Positions 12,049 to 20,603 of a DNA stretch of 32,000 bases are shown piece by piece; position 1 is the first letter of the stretch, and each line of letters starts with the position of its first letter. The notes below the pieces were generated by a model, which saw nothing but the letters and a program-made list of their open reading frames with translations, did not search any database and was not told the origin of the DNA. Source of the DNA: Synechococcus sp. A15-28 (GTDB taxonomy: Bacteria > Cyanobacteriota > Cyanobacteriia > PCC-6307 > Cyanobiaceae); NCBI RefSeq assembly GCF_014280175.1, contig NZ_CP047931.1:2220001-2252000 (forward strand). The letters run 5' to 3'. The position numbers and the translations under genes are program-made.

Positions 12049-15000
12049 ATGACAGACCTCGACGGAAATGGCCTGGTAGATGGCTCTGAGTTGATCGCTT
12101 ATCAGCTTTTCGATGATGGCAACTCGATCACCATCACGAACAGGCGAGGTCGAACATTCTCGGACGCAACATCAAGATTCTGGAATGTCATTGCAGGCAC
12201 GCAAGTTGACGGCGGATTCCTCGTGCTGCGAGCCAGACAAACCCGCCGACGTGGATTGCGATATCAAACATGGACTACAGATGAAACAGGAACAATCAAT
12301 GGAAGATCGCGAGGCTGGCGTAGTGGTCAATCCATGGCCAACCAGGGGATCGAAAACATCTTCAATCTTGACCTCAACAATGATGGATGGATTGGAGATC
12401 AGCCACCGGAAGAATCAGGTCCAATCAACGATGGTGCAGCCACCTTCGCCATTGAGGGCACTCCACAACTGGGGCAGGTTCTCTCCATTTCCCTAACCAA
12501 CAGTGATCCTGATGGTGACGGCACTCCAACCGTTGCATGGCTTGCTTCCAATCCAGATGGAACCTGGTCTCAAGTCGGCTCCGATTCACAAATCACCATC
12601 TCCGCCGATCTTGAAGGTCGTCAACTCCTCGCCAACATTTCCTATATCGATGGTGATGGCTTCAGCGAGGACGTCTCAACCGAACCGGTCTTCGTTCCCA
12701 TCACAAACACGGATGATTACGGAACAACGCCCGAAAGCAGTGGCTTTCTTGCCATGGCAAGCCGTCTTGAAGGTGATCTCGAAGTTGCGGGAGACCTTGA
12801 CTGGTTCAAAGTCGAATTAGAGGCCGGCAGAAGTTATATTTTTGAGCAAATTGGGACAGGATTAGCGGACCCACTATTAACACTTAAAGACGAATTAGGA
12901 TCTATCCTCGCCAGCAATGACGATAGCGAAGGTGAATTAAATAGTCGAATAAACTTTGAAGCCGAAAGATCAGGATACTACTACCTCGAAGCTGGCTCAT
13001 ATCTCAATCAATTCACGGGCAAATATTTCATTGGCGCGTACGAAGATATAACGCAGCCTGAAGATCCCATTAACGACGGTGCAGCCACCTTCGCCATTGA
13101 CGGCACTCCACAACTGGGGCAGGTTCTCTCCATTTCCCTAACCAACAATGATCCTGATGGTGACGGCACTCCAACCGTTGCGTGGCTTGCTTCCAATCAA
13201 GATGGAACCTGGTCTCAAGTCGGCTCCGATTCAGAAATCACCATCTCCGCCGATCTTGAAGGTCGCCAACTCCTCGCCAACATTTCCTACATCGATGGTG
13301 ATGGCTTCAGCGAGGACGTCTCAACCGAACCGGTCCTCATCCCTGTCACTCCCGTCAACGATGGTGCAGCCACCTTCGCCATTGACGGCACTCCACAACT
13401 GGGGCAGGTTCTCTCCATTTCCTTAACCAACAATGATCCTGATGGTGACGGCACTCCAACCGTTGCGTGGCTTGCTTCCAATCAAGATGGAACCTGGTCT
13501 CAAGTCGGCTCCGATTCAGAAATCACCATCTCCGCCGATCTGGAAGGTCGCCAACTCCTCGCCAACATTTCCTACATCGATGGTGATGGCTTCAGCGAGG
13601 ACGTCTCAACTGAACCGGTCCTCATCCCTGTCACTTCCGTCAACGATGGTGCAGCCACCTTCGCTATTGAGGGCACTCCACAACTGGGGCAGGTTCTCTC
13701 CATTTCTCTAACCAACAGTGATCCTGATGGTGACGGCACTCCAACCGTTGCATGGCTTGCTTCCAATCCAGATGGAACCTGGTCTCAAGTCGGCTCCGAT
13801 TCAGAAATCACCATCTCCGCCGATCTGGAAGGTCGTCAACTCCTCGCCAACATTTCCTATATCGATGGTGATGGCTTCAGCGAGGACGTCTCAACCGAAC
13901 CGGTCCTCATCCCTGTCTCAAACTCTGACGATTACGGAGCAAGCCCCGAGAGCAGTGGATCTCTCGAGATTGGAAGCAGTCTTGAGGGTAATCTCGAATC
14001 CCTAGGAGATCTAGACTGGTTCAAAATTGAATTAGATGCTGACAAGTACTACAACTTTGAGTTGACTGGAACTACCCTTGCAGACTCATTCCTGGCCTTG
14101 AAAGAAGCCAATGGCAATGTCATCTCTAGCAATGACGACGGTGGAGAAGGATTCAGTAGCCGCATCATTTTTTCCCCTGAATCTTCAGGCACTTATTATC
14201 TTGAGGCAAGCGCATATAACAACGAGTATACCGGAACATATTTAATTACCGCCGACGAAGCAGATCCCTTGCCCCCTGGCTACAACCCTGAAGACGGGTT
14301 TGGCCATATTAACGCTAAAAGAAGCTTTGAAAAGTTACTTGGAATAACCCTCAATGATGCCGCAGACCTTGGTGGTGATTTATGGGGTCTCGACAATATC
14401 GGGGCACCAGAAGTTTGGACAGGCAGCAATAGCTTCTCGGGCGCAATCGGATCGGGAACAGTCATCGCCGTCATCGACACAGGTGTTGACCTAGATCACC
14501 CGGAATTCCAAAACAGAATTGCTCAAGGTTATGATTTTGTCGATTACGACAATATTGCCGACGATGGTGAAGGCCATGGCACGCATGTTGCCGGGACCAT
14601 CGCGGGCGCTGATGACGGTGAAGGAATCACCGGCGTCGCACCAGATGCATCAATCATGCCAATTCGAGTTCTCGACGATGAAGGCTATGGTTATACATCC
14701 GACATCATCGCTGGAGTCCGATGGGCAGCAGACAATGGTGCCGATGTCATCAATCTGTCGCTTGGAGGCGGAGGGTATAGCCAGGCTATGGCCGACGCAA
14801 TCGCCTACGCATCAGACCTTGGCTCGGTGATTGTCATGGCGGCTGGCAATAATGGCGGTGAATCTCCTATATACCCTGCAGCCCACGCAGAAACCCACGG
14901 CATCGCTGTTGGAGCCGTAAATCAAGAAAAGTCGTTTGCCGATTTCTCGAATCGAGCCGGATTTACGTTTCTTGATTATGTGACAGCCCCTGGAGTCAAT

Positions 15001-15516
15001 ATTTTCTCTTCGACACCCAACGGTAATTACGATTATTACAGTGGGACCTCCATGGCCAGCCCACACGTCGCCGGCATCGCAGCATTGCTGAAAAGCCATG
15101 ACAAAGCGCTAACACCGGAATCCATCGAAACTTTGATCACAAGCACCGCACACAACAACATTGATATCCAGCTCTCGGGCACTCAAACTGATGAGCTCAC
15201 AGGAGAACAATTTGATAAAATTATTACCTTAGAAACACTAGCCCAATTTGACGAAGATCAATTGCAAAGCCGGCTCATCGGAAGCTTGAGCGGAGATCTA
15301 AAGGCTAGAAAATCCGTCATCAGAGAACTTAAGGCTAATGAGAAAGAAGGCCTCATCATTGAAGACATTGATGTGATTAAATCGACTAATAAAAGTTTGA
15401 TCACTCTGGATCTGTCAGGATCAAATCCATCAGATCAATCAGATTTACTGGAGGACTTGCTCTCAGAAAAACAGTTCAACTATTTCGAAGTCGATACTCA
15501 AATGCAAATGATCTAG
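12049..15516 (+). CDS. Large multidomain S8 (subtilisin-family) serine peptidase, paralog A
   Basis: 1155 aa. Domain order: N-terminal module bracketed by DxDxNGxxD loops; a 95-aa repeat; a pre-peptidase C-terminal (PPC)-like module (DDYG...GDLDWFKVEL...NDD...YYLE); three more 95-aa repeats; a second PPC-like module; the S8 catalytic domain (VIDTGVD near 14470, GHGTHVAG near 14572, GTSMASPHVAG near 15043); and a ~140-aa C-terminal domain. An in-frame stop at 12022 excludes a longer N-terminus. No hydrophobic signal peptide is present. G+C is visibly lower than in the flanks. Confidence 0.9.
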   Translation: MTDLDGNGLVDGSELIAYQLFDDGNSITITNRRGRTFSDATSRFWNVIAGTQVDGGFLVLRARQTRRRGLRYQTWTTDETGTINGRSRGWRSGQSMANQGIENIFNLDLNNDGWIGDQPPEESGPINDGAATFAIEGTPQLGQVLSISLTNSDPDGDGTPTVAWLASNPDGTWSQVGSDSQITISADLEGRQLLANISYIDGDGFSEDVSTEPVFVPITNTDDYGTTPESSGFLAMASRLEGDLEVAGDLDWFKVELEAGRSYIFEQIGTGLADPLLTLKDELGSILASNDDSEGELNSRINFEAERSGYYYLEAGSYLNQFTGKYFIGAYEDITQPEDPINDGAATFAIDGTPQLGQVLSISLTNNDPDGDGTPTVAWLASNQDGTWSQVGSDSEITISADLEGRQLLANISYIDGDGFSEDVSTEPVLIPVTPVNDGAATFAIDGTPQLGQVLSISLTNNDPDGDGTPTVAWLASNQDGTWSQVGSDSEITISADLEGRQLLANISYIDGDGFSEDVSTEPVLIPVTSVNDGAATFAIEGTPQLGQVLSISLTNSDPDGDGTPTVAWLASNPDGTWSQVGSDSEITISADLEGRQLLANISYIDGDGFSEDVSTEPVLIPVSNSDDYGASPESSGSLEIGSSLEGNLESLGDLDWFKIELDADKYYNFELTGTTLADSFLALKEANGNVISSNDDGGEGFSSRIIFSPESSGTYYLEASAYNNEYTGTYLITADEADPLPPGYNPEDGFGHINAKRSFEKLLGITLNDAADLGGDLWGLDNIGAPEVWTGSNSFSGAIGSGTVIAVIDTGVDLDHPEFQNRIAQGYDFVDYDNIADDGEGHGTHVAGTIAGADDGEGITGVAPDASIMPIRVLDDEGYGYTSDIIAGVRWAADNGADVINLSLGGGGYSQAMADAIAYASDLGSVIVMAAGNNGGESPIYPAAHAETHGIAVGAVNQEKSFADFSNRAGFTFLDYVTAPGVNIFSSTPNGNYDYYSGTSMASPHVAGIAALLKSHDKALTPESIETLITSTAHNNIDIQLSGTQTDELTGEQFDKIITLETLAQFDEDQLQSRLIGSLSGDLKARKSVIRELKANEKEGLIIEDIDVIKSTNKSLITLDLSGSNPSDQSDLLEDLLSEKQFNYFEVDTQMQMI
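12421..12705 (+). repeat. 285-bp in-frame coding repeat, copy R1 (type a)
   Basis: Near-identical at DNA level to 13636-13920. Encodes INDGAATFAIEGTPQLGQVLSISLTNSDPDGDGTPTVAWLASNPDGTWSQVG... Confidence 0.9.
13066..13920 (+). repeat. Three contiguous 285-bp in-frame tandem repeats, R2 (b), R3 (b), R4 (a)
   Basis: Units start at 13066, 13351 and 13636, an exact 285-nt period. By manual comparison R2 and R3 differ at about 6 positions. Confidence 0.95.
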
Positions 15517-15579
15517 AGCTCTCCAATACATTCCGTTGCTCTGCTCGGTCAAGATTGACTCGTTGAAGTTGGAGTTCGT

Positions 15580-15686
15580 TGGGCCGGAGCATCGATTCAG
15601 ACCAGCAGCTGGCGGTGGAGCATGCCCGGCGCGCCACGCGCTGGCGGCTCAGCCTGCAGACCCACAAGTGGCTCGCAATTCGATGA
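15580..15686 (+). pseudogene. queE: Displaced/duplicated remnant of the queE 3' end
   Basis: Translates to ...SDQQLAVEHARRATRWRLSLQTHKWLAIR*, against the live queE C-terminus ...SDQGQQLAVEHAQRNPRWRLSLQTHKWIGVR*. An in-frame stop lies at 15564-15566 with no upstream queE body. It contains the right copy of the 35-nt repeat (15637-15671). Confidence 0.8.
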
Positions 15687-15843
15687 GTCGTTACAACACC
15701 AGAAACACTCACACGCAGCCAACTCTCAGGATCCTTTCAGGGACATTCATGAGAACAGCAACTTAAATCCGTTAGTATATTTAAAGGAAAAGCTTTGCGC
15801 ATCTCCTCTTTTAAAGGCTCAAATCACAACACCCGGTCGACCC

Positions 15844-18800
15844 ATGCCAAGCACAAGCAGCTCTGACAAGGTGCACGACCAAGTTAAAACAGCCACCAAA
15901 AGTGGCAAAAACGGCAATAAAAGCCTCGCAAAAAAAAATATTGCATTCAAAACAACTTATGACATCGATGACAACGGCCTAGTCGACGGCTCCGAAAAGC
16001 CTGGATACAAGCTCTATACCCCCGAAAGCGGGATTTTGATTACCGCCAAATCTGGAAAAACGTTTTCCGAGGCAACATCTGAAAAGTGGTCAGCTATTGC
16101 GGCAGCCCCAACAGAGAAGGGGTATCGAGTCTTAATTACAAACAACCAATCCAAGAAGGGAAAATACAAAATTTGGAAATTGAGCAGCAAGGGAATCGTC
16201 CGCTCAAAAGGTCGCTGGCTCCGGGAAAGAGCTCTTAGCTCAGAGGGCTATGAGGAAGTTTTTGGGATTGATTTTAATGGTGACGGCATGATCGAAGCCG
16301 ACACACTGATCGATGTTGGCGATGCAGATTTTTCCTTGACAGGAAATGCAACAGTTGGCAAGCGATTACGGGCTAAGCGTGCTGACGACGATCCAGATGG
16401 AAATGGAAGACCGCTCATAACCTGGCAGGCATTCTCAGGAGCAAGCATCTGGACAACAGCCGACACCGGCAAATCGATTCGTATCCCTGCAACGCTGGAG
16501 GGCGCTCAGGTCCGTGCCAGGGTTGAGTACAAAGATGGCGATGGGTTTCAAGAAACTGTCTTTACCCAGTCGCGCTCCATTCCCTACGTCGATAACGGCG
16601 ACGCTGCCTTCCTGATTCAAGGCACTCCAGCAGTCGGTCAAACCCTCTCCATCACGCAATCCGTCGCTGATCCCGATGGGGATGGGACACCCTCCTTCTC
16701 ATGGCTCCAATCCAGCGACGGCATCAACTGGTCTTTCCTGAGCTCCAACCCCACCTTCGATATTCCCGACAATCTGGAAGGGCAGACCATCACGGCAACC
16801 GTCCGATATACCGATAACCAGGGCTTTGAGGAATCAATCTCCACGAATGCTCTCACCATTCCCTACGTCGATAACGGTGACGCTGCCTTCCTGATTCAAG
16901 GCACTCCAGCAGTTGGTCAAACCCTCTCCATCACGCAATCCATCGCTGATCCCGATGGCAACGGTGCAGGCACATCCGCCATCTCATGGTTGCAATCCAG
17001 CGATAGCGTCAACTGGTCCGTCATCAGCACCGCACCCACATTCAACATCTCCAAAGACCTTGAGGGGAAGCGGATCAGAGCCATCGTCTCCTATTCCGAT
17101 GGTCAGGGATTCAGCGAATCGATCAACACCGATGACCTGACCATTCCATACGTCGACGACGGCGACGCCGACTTCCTCATCCAAGGCACCGCCGCAGTCA
17201 GCGAAATCATCTCCATCAGCCGCTCTGCAGACGATCCAGACGGCAATGGTGATGGTGCACTTGAGATCGCCTGGCAAGCCTCTCTGGATGGCACGAACTG
17301 GTGGGAAATCAGCACAGCCAGTGACCACCAGATTGGATCCAACCTTGCCGGCCATCAGCTGAATGCTGTTGTCCAATACACCGACAGCCAAGGCTTCAAA
17401 GAGACCATTACAACCGACAGTGTCTCTGTACCAGGCACTGCGGGATCCAACTCAGACGGCAAAGACGATTACGGCGGCAGCACGACCACCAATGGTCGCC
17501 TTACGATCCACAACAGCATTTCAGGCGAACTTGAATTAGCTGGAGATCACGACTGGTTCGCCATCAACCTCACAGCCGGTCGGCGTTATCAATTCGACCT
17601 GAATGGTGTCAGCCTCGAAGACCCGTTTCTCTACCTCCGCAGCAGCTCATCGTCATTAGTCGCTTACAACGACGATGAATCCTTGTTGAGCTTGGATTCC
17701 CAACTCAACTACACCGCAGAAAGCAGCGGCACGCACTACCTCGATGTGGGCGCCTACCAAGACGTTTATGCAGGGACCTACACACTCAGAGCATCCGAAC
17801 TCACCCCTCCGGACCCCGGGTTCAACAGCACCGATGGCTACGGCCATGTCAGTGCTCAACGCGCCTTCGAGCAATTGCTCAACATCTCTCTCGACCCTGT
17901 CGACGCCCTTGGCGGCAATCTCTGGGGAGTTGACAATGTCGATGCTCCCGAAGTGTGGAACGGGGGCAGCGGTTTTGCAGGCGCCACAGGAAGCGGAACC
18001 ACCATCGCGGTGATCGACACAGGGGTCGATCTGGATCACCCCGAATTTCTGGGTCGAATTGTCGCCGGCTACGACTTTGTTGATGATGACTCGATTGCGG
18101 ATGACGGCAATGGCCATGGCACCCATGTCGCTGGCACCATCGCCGGTGCCAACGACGGCACAGGCATCACCGGGGTCGCCTATGACGCCGCGATCATGCC
18201 CCTGCGTGTGCTGGGCAACGACGGTTACGGCTGGACCAGCGACATCATCTCTGCCGTGCGCTGGGCCGCCGACAACGGCGCCCATGTGATCAATCTTTCC
18301 CTCGGTGTTAGCGGTTACAGCCAAGCCATGGCCGATGCCATCAGCTATGCCTCCGGACGCGGCAGCGTTGTCGTGATGGCCGCCGGCAATTCCGGAGGCA
18401 TGGCACCCGAATACCCCGCGGCCCATGCGATTGATCACGGCATCGCCGTTGGTGCTGTGGACAGCAATCGTTCCTTCGCCGGGTTCTCCAACCGGGCCGG
18501 CTCCACGCAACTCGATTACGTGACAGCACCAGGAGTCAACATTTATTCGGCTGTGCCAGGAGGTGGTTACGACACTTTCAACGGCACGTCCATGGCGACA
18601 CCTTACGTCGCTGGTGTCGCCGGACTGCTCAAAAGTCATGACGGAAGTTTGTCCGCATCCGCCATCGAAGATCTGCTGACGGGCTCTGGCAGCAACAACA
18701 GCATCAGCGACAGCACCGCCTGGAACACCACTTCATCCATCCCATGGAGCACAAGGGATGTGATCACGATGCAAACGCTGGACAGCTTCAGCGACAAACA

Positions 18801-19068
18801 ACTCAGCGGCACCCTGATCGCCAGCGTTGACGGCAATGGTCGGGAACGACGCTCCACCCTCCGCGGCCTCAAGCAAGGCATTCGCTCCAACGACGCCTCC
18901 TACGACGGGCTGGAGGCGGTGAAAACGATTGAGGCCAGCCGCAACAGCTTTGCCGTGCTGGAGATCTCCAACGATCACGCCATCAATCAGAGAGCGCTAC
19001 TCACAGAGCTTCTGGGCAGCAACCAGTTCCATTACCTTGAAAAAGAGCAACAATTCTCGATCGTCTGA
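15844..19068 (+). CDS. Large multidomain S8 (subtilisin-family) serine peptidase, paralog B
   Basis: Same architecture as A but with one PPC-like module. Domain order: basic/Ser-rich N-terminus; DxDxNG-bracketed module; four ~93-95-aa repeats (16309-17433); PPC-like module (DDYGG...GDHDWFAINL); S8 domain (VIDTGVD near 18010, GHGTHVAG near 18112, GTSMATPYVAG near 18583); and a C-terminal domain. Start chosen at ATG 15844. The 15622 start would read through the queE remnant in the wrong frame. The 5' third is low-GC and the 3' part has host-like GC. Confidence 0.85.
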   Translation: MPSTSSSDKVHDQVKTATKSGKNGNKSLAKKNIAFKTTYDIDDNGLVDGSEKPGYKLYTPESGILITAKSGKTFSEATSEKWSAIAAAPTEKGYRVLITNNQSKKGKYKIWKLSSKGIVRSKGRWLRERALSSEGYEEVFGIDFNGDGMIEADTLIDVGDADFSLTGNATVGKRLRAKRADDDPDGNGRPLITWQAFSGASIWTTADTGKSIRIPATLEGAQVRARVEYKDGDGFQETVFTQSRSIPYVDNGDAAFLIQGTPAVGQTLSITQSVADPDGDGTPSFSWLQSSDGINWSFLSSNPTFDIPDNLEGQTITATVRYTDNQGFEESISTNALTIPYVDNGDAAFLIQGTPAVGQTLSITQSIADPDGNGAGTSAISWLQSSDSVNWSVISTAPTFNISKDLEGKRIRAIVSYSDGQGFSESINTDDLTIPYVDDGDADFLIQGTAAVSEIISISRSADDPDGNGDGALEIAWQASLDGTNWWEISTASDHQIGSNLAGHQLNAVVQYTDSQGFKETITTDSVSVPGTAGSNSDGKDDYGGSTTTNGRLTIHNSISGELELAGDHDWFAINLTAGRRYQFDLNGVSLEDPFLYLRSSSSSLVAYNDDESLLSLDSQLNYTAESSGTHYLDVGAYQDVYAGTYTLRASELTPPDPGFNSTDGYGHVSAQRAFEQLLNISLDPVDALGGNLWGVDNVDAPEVWNGGSGFAGATGSGTTIAVIDTGVDLDHPEFLGRIVAGYDFVDDDSIADDGNGHGTHVAGTIAGANDGTGITGVAYDAAIMPLRVLGNDGYGWTSDIISAVRWAADNGAHVINLSLGVSGYSQAMADAISYASGRGSVVVMAAGNSGGMAPEYPAAHAIDHGIAVGAVDSNRSFAGFSNRAGSTQLDYVTAPGVNIYSAVPGGGYDTFNGTSMATPYVAGVAGLLKSHDGSLSASAIEDLLTGSGSNNSISDSTAWNTTSSIPWSTRDVITMQTLDSFSDKQLSGTLIASVDGNGRERRSTLRGLKQGIRSNDASYDGLEAVKTIEASRNSFAVLEISNDHAINQRALLTELLGSNQFHYLEKEQQFSIV
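16309..17433 (+). repeat. Four diverged in-frame ~279-285-bp coding repeats in paralog B
   Basis: Units begin near 16309, 16588, 16867 and 17152. The first ~100 nt of units 2 and 3 are nearly identical (about 3 differences), and the remainder is diverged. Confidence 0.8.
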
Positions 19069-19071
19069 GCC

Positions 19072-19926
19072 ATGACCTCAGTGGCTGTCCTGGGAACAGG
19101 ACTCCTCGGCACGGCCATCGCCAAGCGACTGCTGGATGTGGGTCTGGAGGTTCATGTCTGGAACCGGAACCCCGCACGTCTTGCACCGCTCCTGGAGCAA
19201 GGTGCAACCGCCGTCCAGGAGCTGCAGGGTGCCGCCCAAGGCCGCAACGCAGTGATCACGGTGTTGCGTGATGGGGGCGTGACAGCCAGCGTGGTTGATG
19301 CCCTCGGCCCTCTGCACGGCACCACGGTGATGCCCATGGGCACCATGGGCATTGAGGAAAGTCGACAGCTGGCCCGGCATGTTGTGCCAAACAACGGGCA
19401 CTATCTGGAGGCCCCGGTTCTGGGGAGCAAGCCCCAGGCTCTCGATGGCACCTTGCTGGTGATGGCCGGCGGTGACGCGCAGGTCTTCGAGGAACAACGG
19501 CCACTTCTCTCCCACCTCTGCCAAGAGCCCCTGCTCGTGGGCCCCGTCGGTAGTGGAGCCGCCACCAAGTTGGCCCTCAATCAGTTGATCGCCAGCCTCA
19601 CCCACAGCTTCTCCCTTTCCCTGCGACTGATTCAGCGGGCCGGCGTTCCTGTGAAAACGTTCATGGCAATCCTGCGGCCGTCAGCGCTCTACGCCCCCAC
19701 CTTCGACAAGAAGCTGCAACGAATGTTGGATCACTCCTACGCCGATCCCAACTTCAGCACCGACCTGCTGCGCAAAGACCTGCGCCTGTTCCTGGAGGAA
19801 GCGACAACGGCTGGGCTCCAAGATCAGGGGCTGAGCGGTTTGCTGTCTTTGCTTGAACAAGCAAAGGGCACCGACCTGGATGAGCAGGACTACTGCGCCC
19901 TGCACGAACTCACGGCCCTGACATGA
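19072..19926 (+). CDS. NAD(P)-dependent oxidoreductase, beta-hydroxyacid (3-hydroxyisobutyrate/6-phosphogluconate-type) dehydrogenase family
   Basis: N-terminal Rossmann motif [17 protein letters not shown] and a family-like layout (GxxxxK...LALNQL). Starts 3 nt after the peptidase B stop. Confidence 0.8.
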   Translation: MTSVAVLGTGLLGTAIAKRLLDVGLEVHVWNRNPARLAPLLEQGATAVQELQGAAQGRNAVITVLRDGGVTASVVDALGPLHGTTVMPMGTMGIEESRQLARHVVPNNGHYLEAPVLGSKPQALDGTLLVMAGGDAQVFEEQRPLLSHLCQEPLLVGPVGSGAATKLALNQLIASLTHSFSLSLRLIQRAGVPVKTFMAILRPSALYAPTFDKKLQRMLDHSYADPNFSTDLLRKDLRLFLEEATTAGLQDQGLSGLLSLLEQAKGTDLDEQDYCALHELTALT

Positions 19927-20603
19927 GTCACCGCACTGCCATCGCTCTGCTCTCGGGAGGTTTGGATTCCGCCACCGCTGCTGCCCTGGCCCTTGAACAG
20001 GGCGACCGCGTCATCGGCCTGTCCTTTGACTACGGCCAGCGCCATCGCCGCGAATTGGACGCCGCCGCTGCCGTTGCTGAGCAGCTTGGCTTGGCGGAGC
20101 ATCACTGCGTCGCAGTGAATCTGGCCAGCTGGGGGGGCTCAGCCCTCACCGACGCCAGCATCTCCATTCCAACCGACGGCGTGGAGGAAGGTCGCATTCC
20201 GACCACCTATGTGCCCGGGCGCAACACCGTGTTCATCTCCGTGGGCCTCAGCCTGGCGGAGGCACGCGGAGCCGAAAGGTTGGTGCTGGGCGTCAACGCC
20301 GTTGACTATTCCGGCTATCCCGATTGCCGGCAGGATTATCTCGAGGCCTTTCAGTCCCTGGCGAACCTGGCCAGTAAGGCCGGGCGGGAAGGCCACGGCA
20401 CCCAGCTCTGGGCACCGCTGGTGGAGTGGAGCAAAACCAGGATCGTGGAGGAAGCGCTGCGGCTCAACGTGCCGATCCAGACCACCTGGAGCTGCTATAG
20501 CGGTGGAGACGAGGCCTGCGGTGTCTGCGACAGCTGCCGCATCCGCGATGCTGCCCTGCGGGAGGCCGGCCGCCCGGACCTGTGCAGCAGACCATCAGCA
20601 TGA
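19923..20603 (+). CDS. queC: 7-cyano-7-deazaguanine synthase
   Basis: PP-loop SGGLDS, DYGQRH, and the C-terminal Zn-Cys cluster [22 protein letters not shown] overlap with the upstream gene. Confidence 0.93.
   Translation: MSHRTAIALLSGGLDSATAAALALEQGDRVIGLSFDYGQRHRRELDAAAAVAEQLGLAEHHCVAVNLASWGGSALTDASISIPTDGVEEGRIPTTYVPGRNTVFISVGLSLAEARGAERLVLGVNAVDYSGYPDCRQDYLEAFQSLANLASKAGREGHGTQLWAPLVEWSKTRIVEEALRLNVPIQTTWSCYSGGDEACGVCDSCRIRDAALREAGRPDLCSRPSA

Noticed and set aside
12421-13920. The regularly spaced, near-identical repeats could suggest a CRISPR array or a non-coding satellite.
   Set aside because: The period is 285 bp with no unique spacers. The units are contiguous and in frame within a 1155-aa ORF that continues into a clear S8 peptidase domain, so they are protein repeats.
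12503-14005. Recurring ~92-105-aa plus-strand ORFs (MILMVTALQPL...) and ~62-64-aa minus-strand ORFs (MEASHATVGVPSPSGS...) in the ORF track.
   Set aside because: They are alternative-frame and antisense echoes of the same 285-bp repeat. They lie entirely inside the peptidase A CDS and have no independent support.
15622-15843. The track start at 15622 for peptidase B adds 74 N-terminal residues.
   Set aside because: This extension is the queE remnant read in a different frame plus AT-rich spacer. It has no similarity to paralog A. ATG 15844 gives an N-terminus that aligns with A once the Ser/Lys-rich leader is passed.
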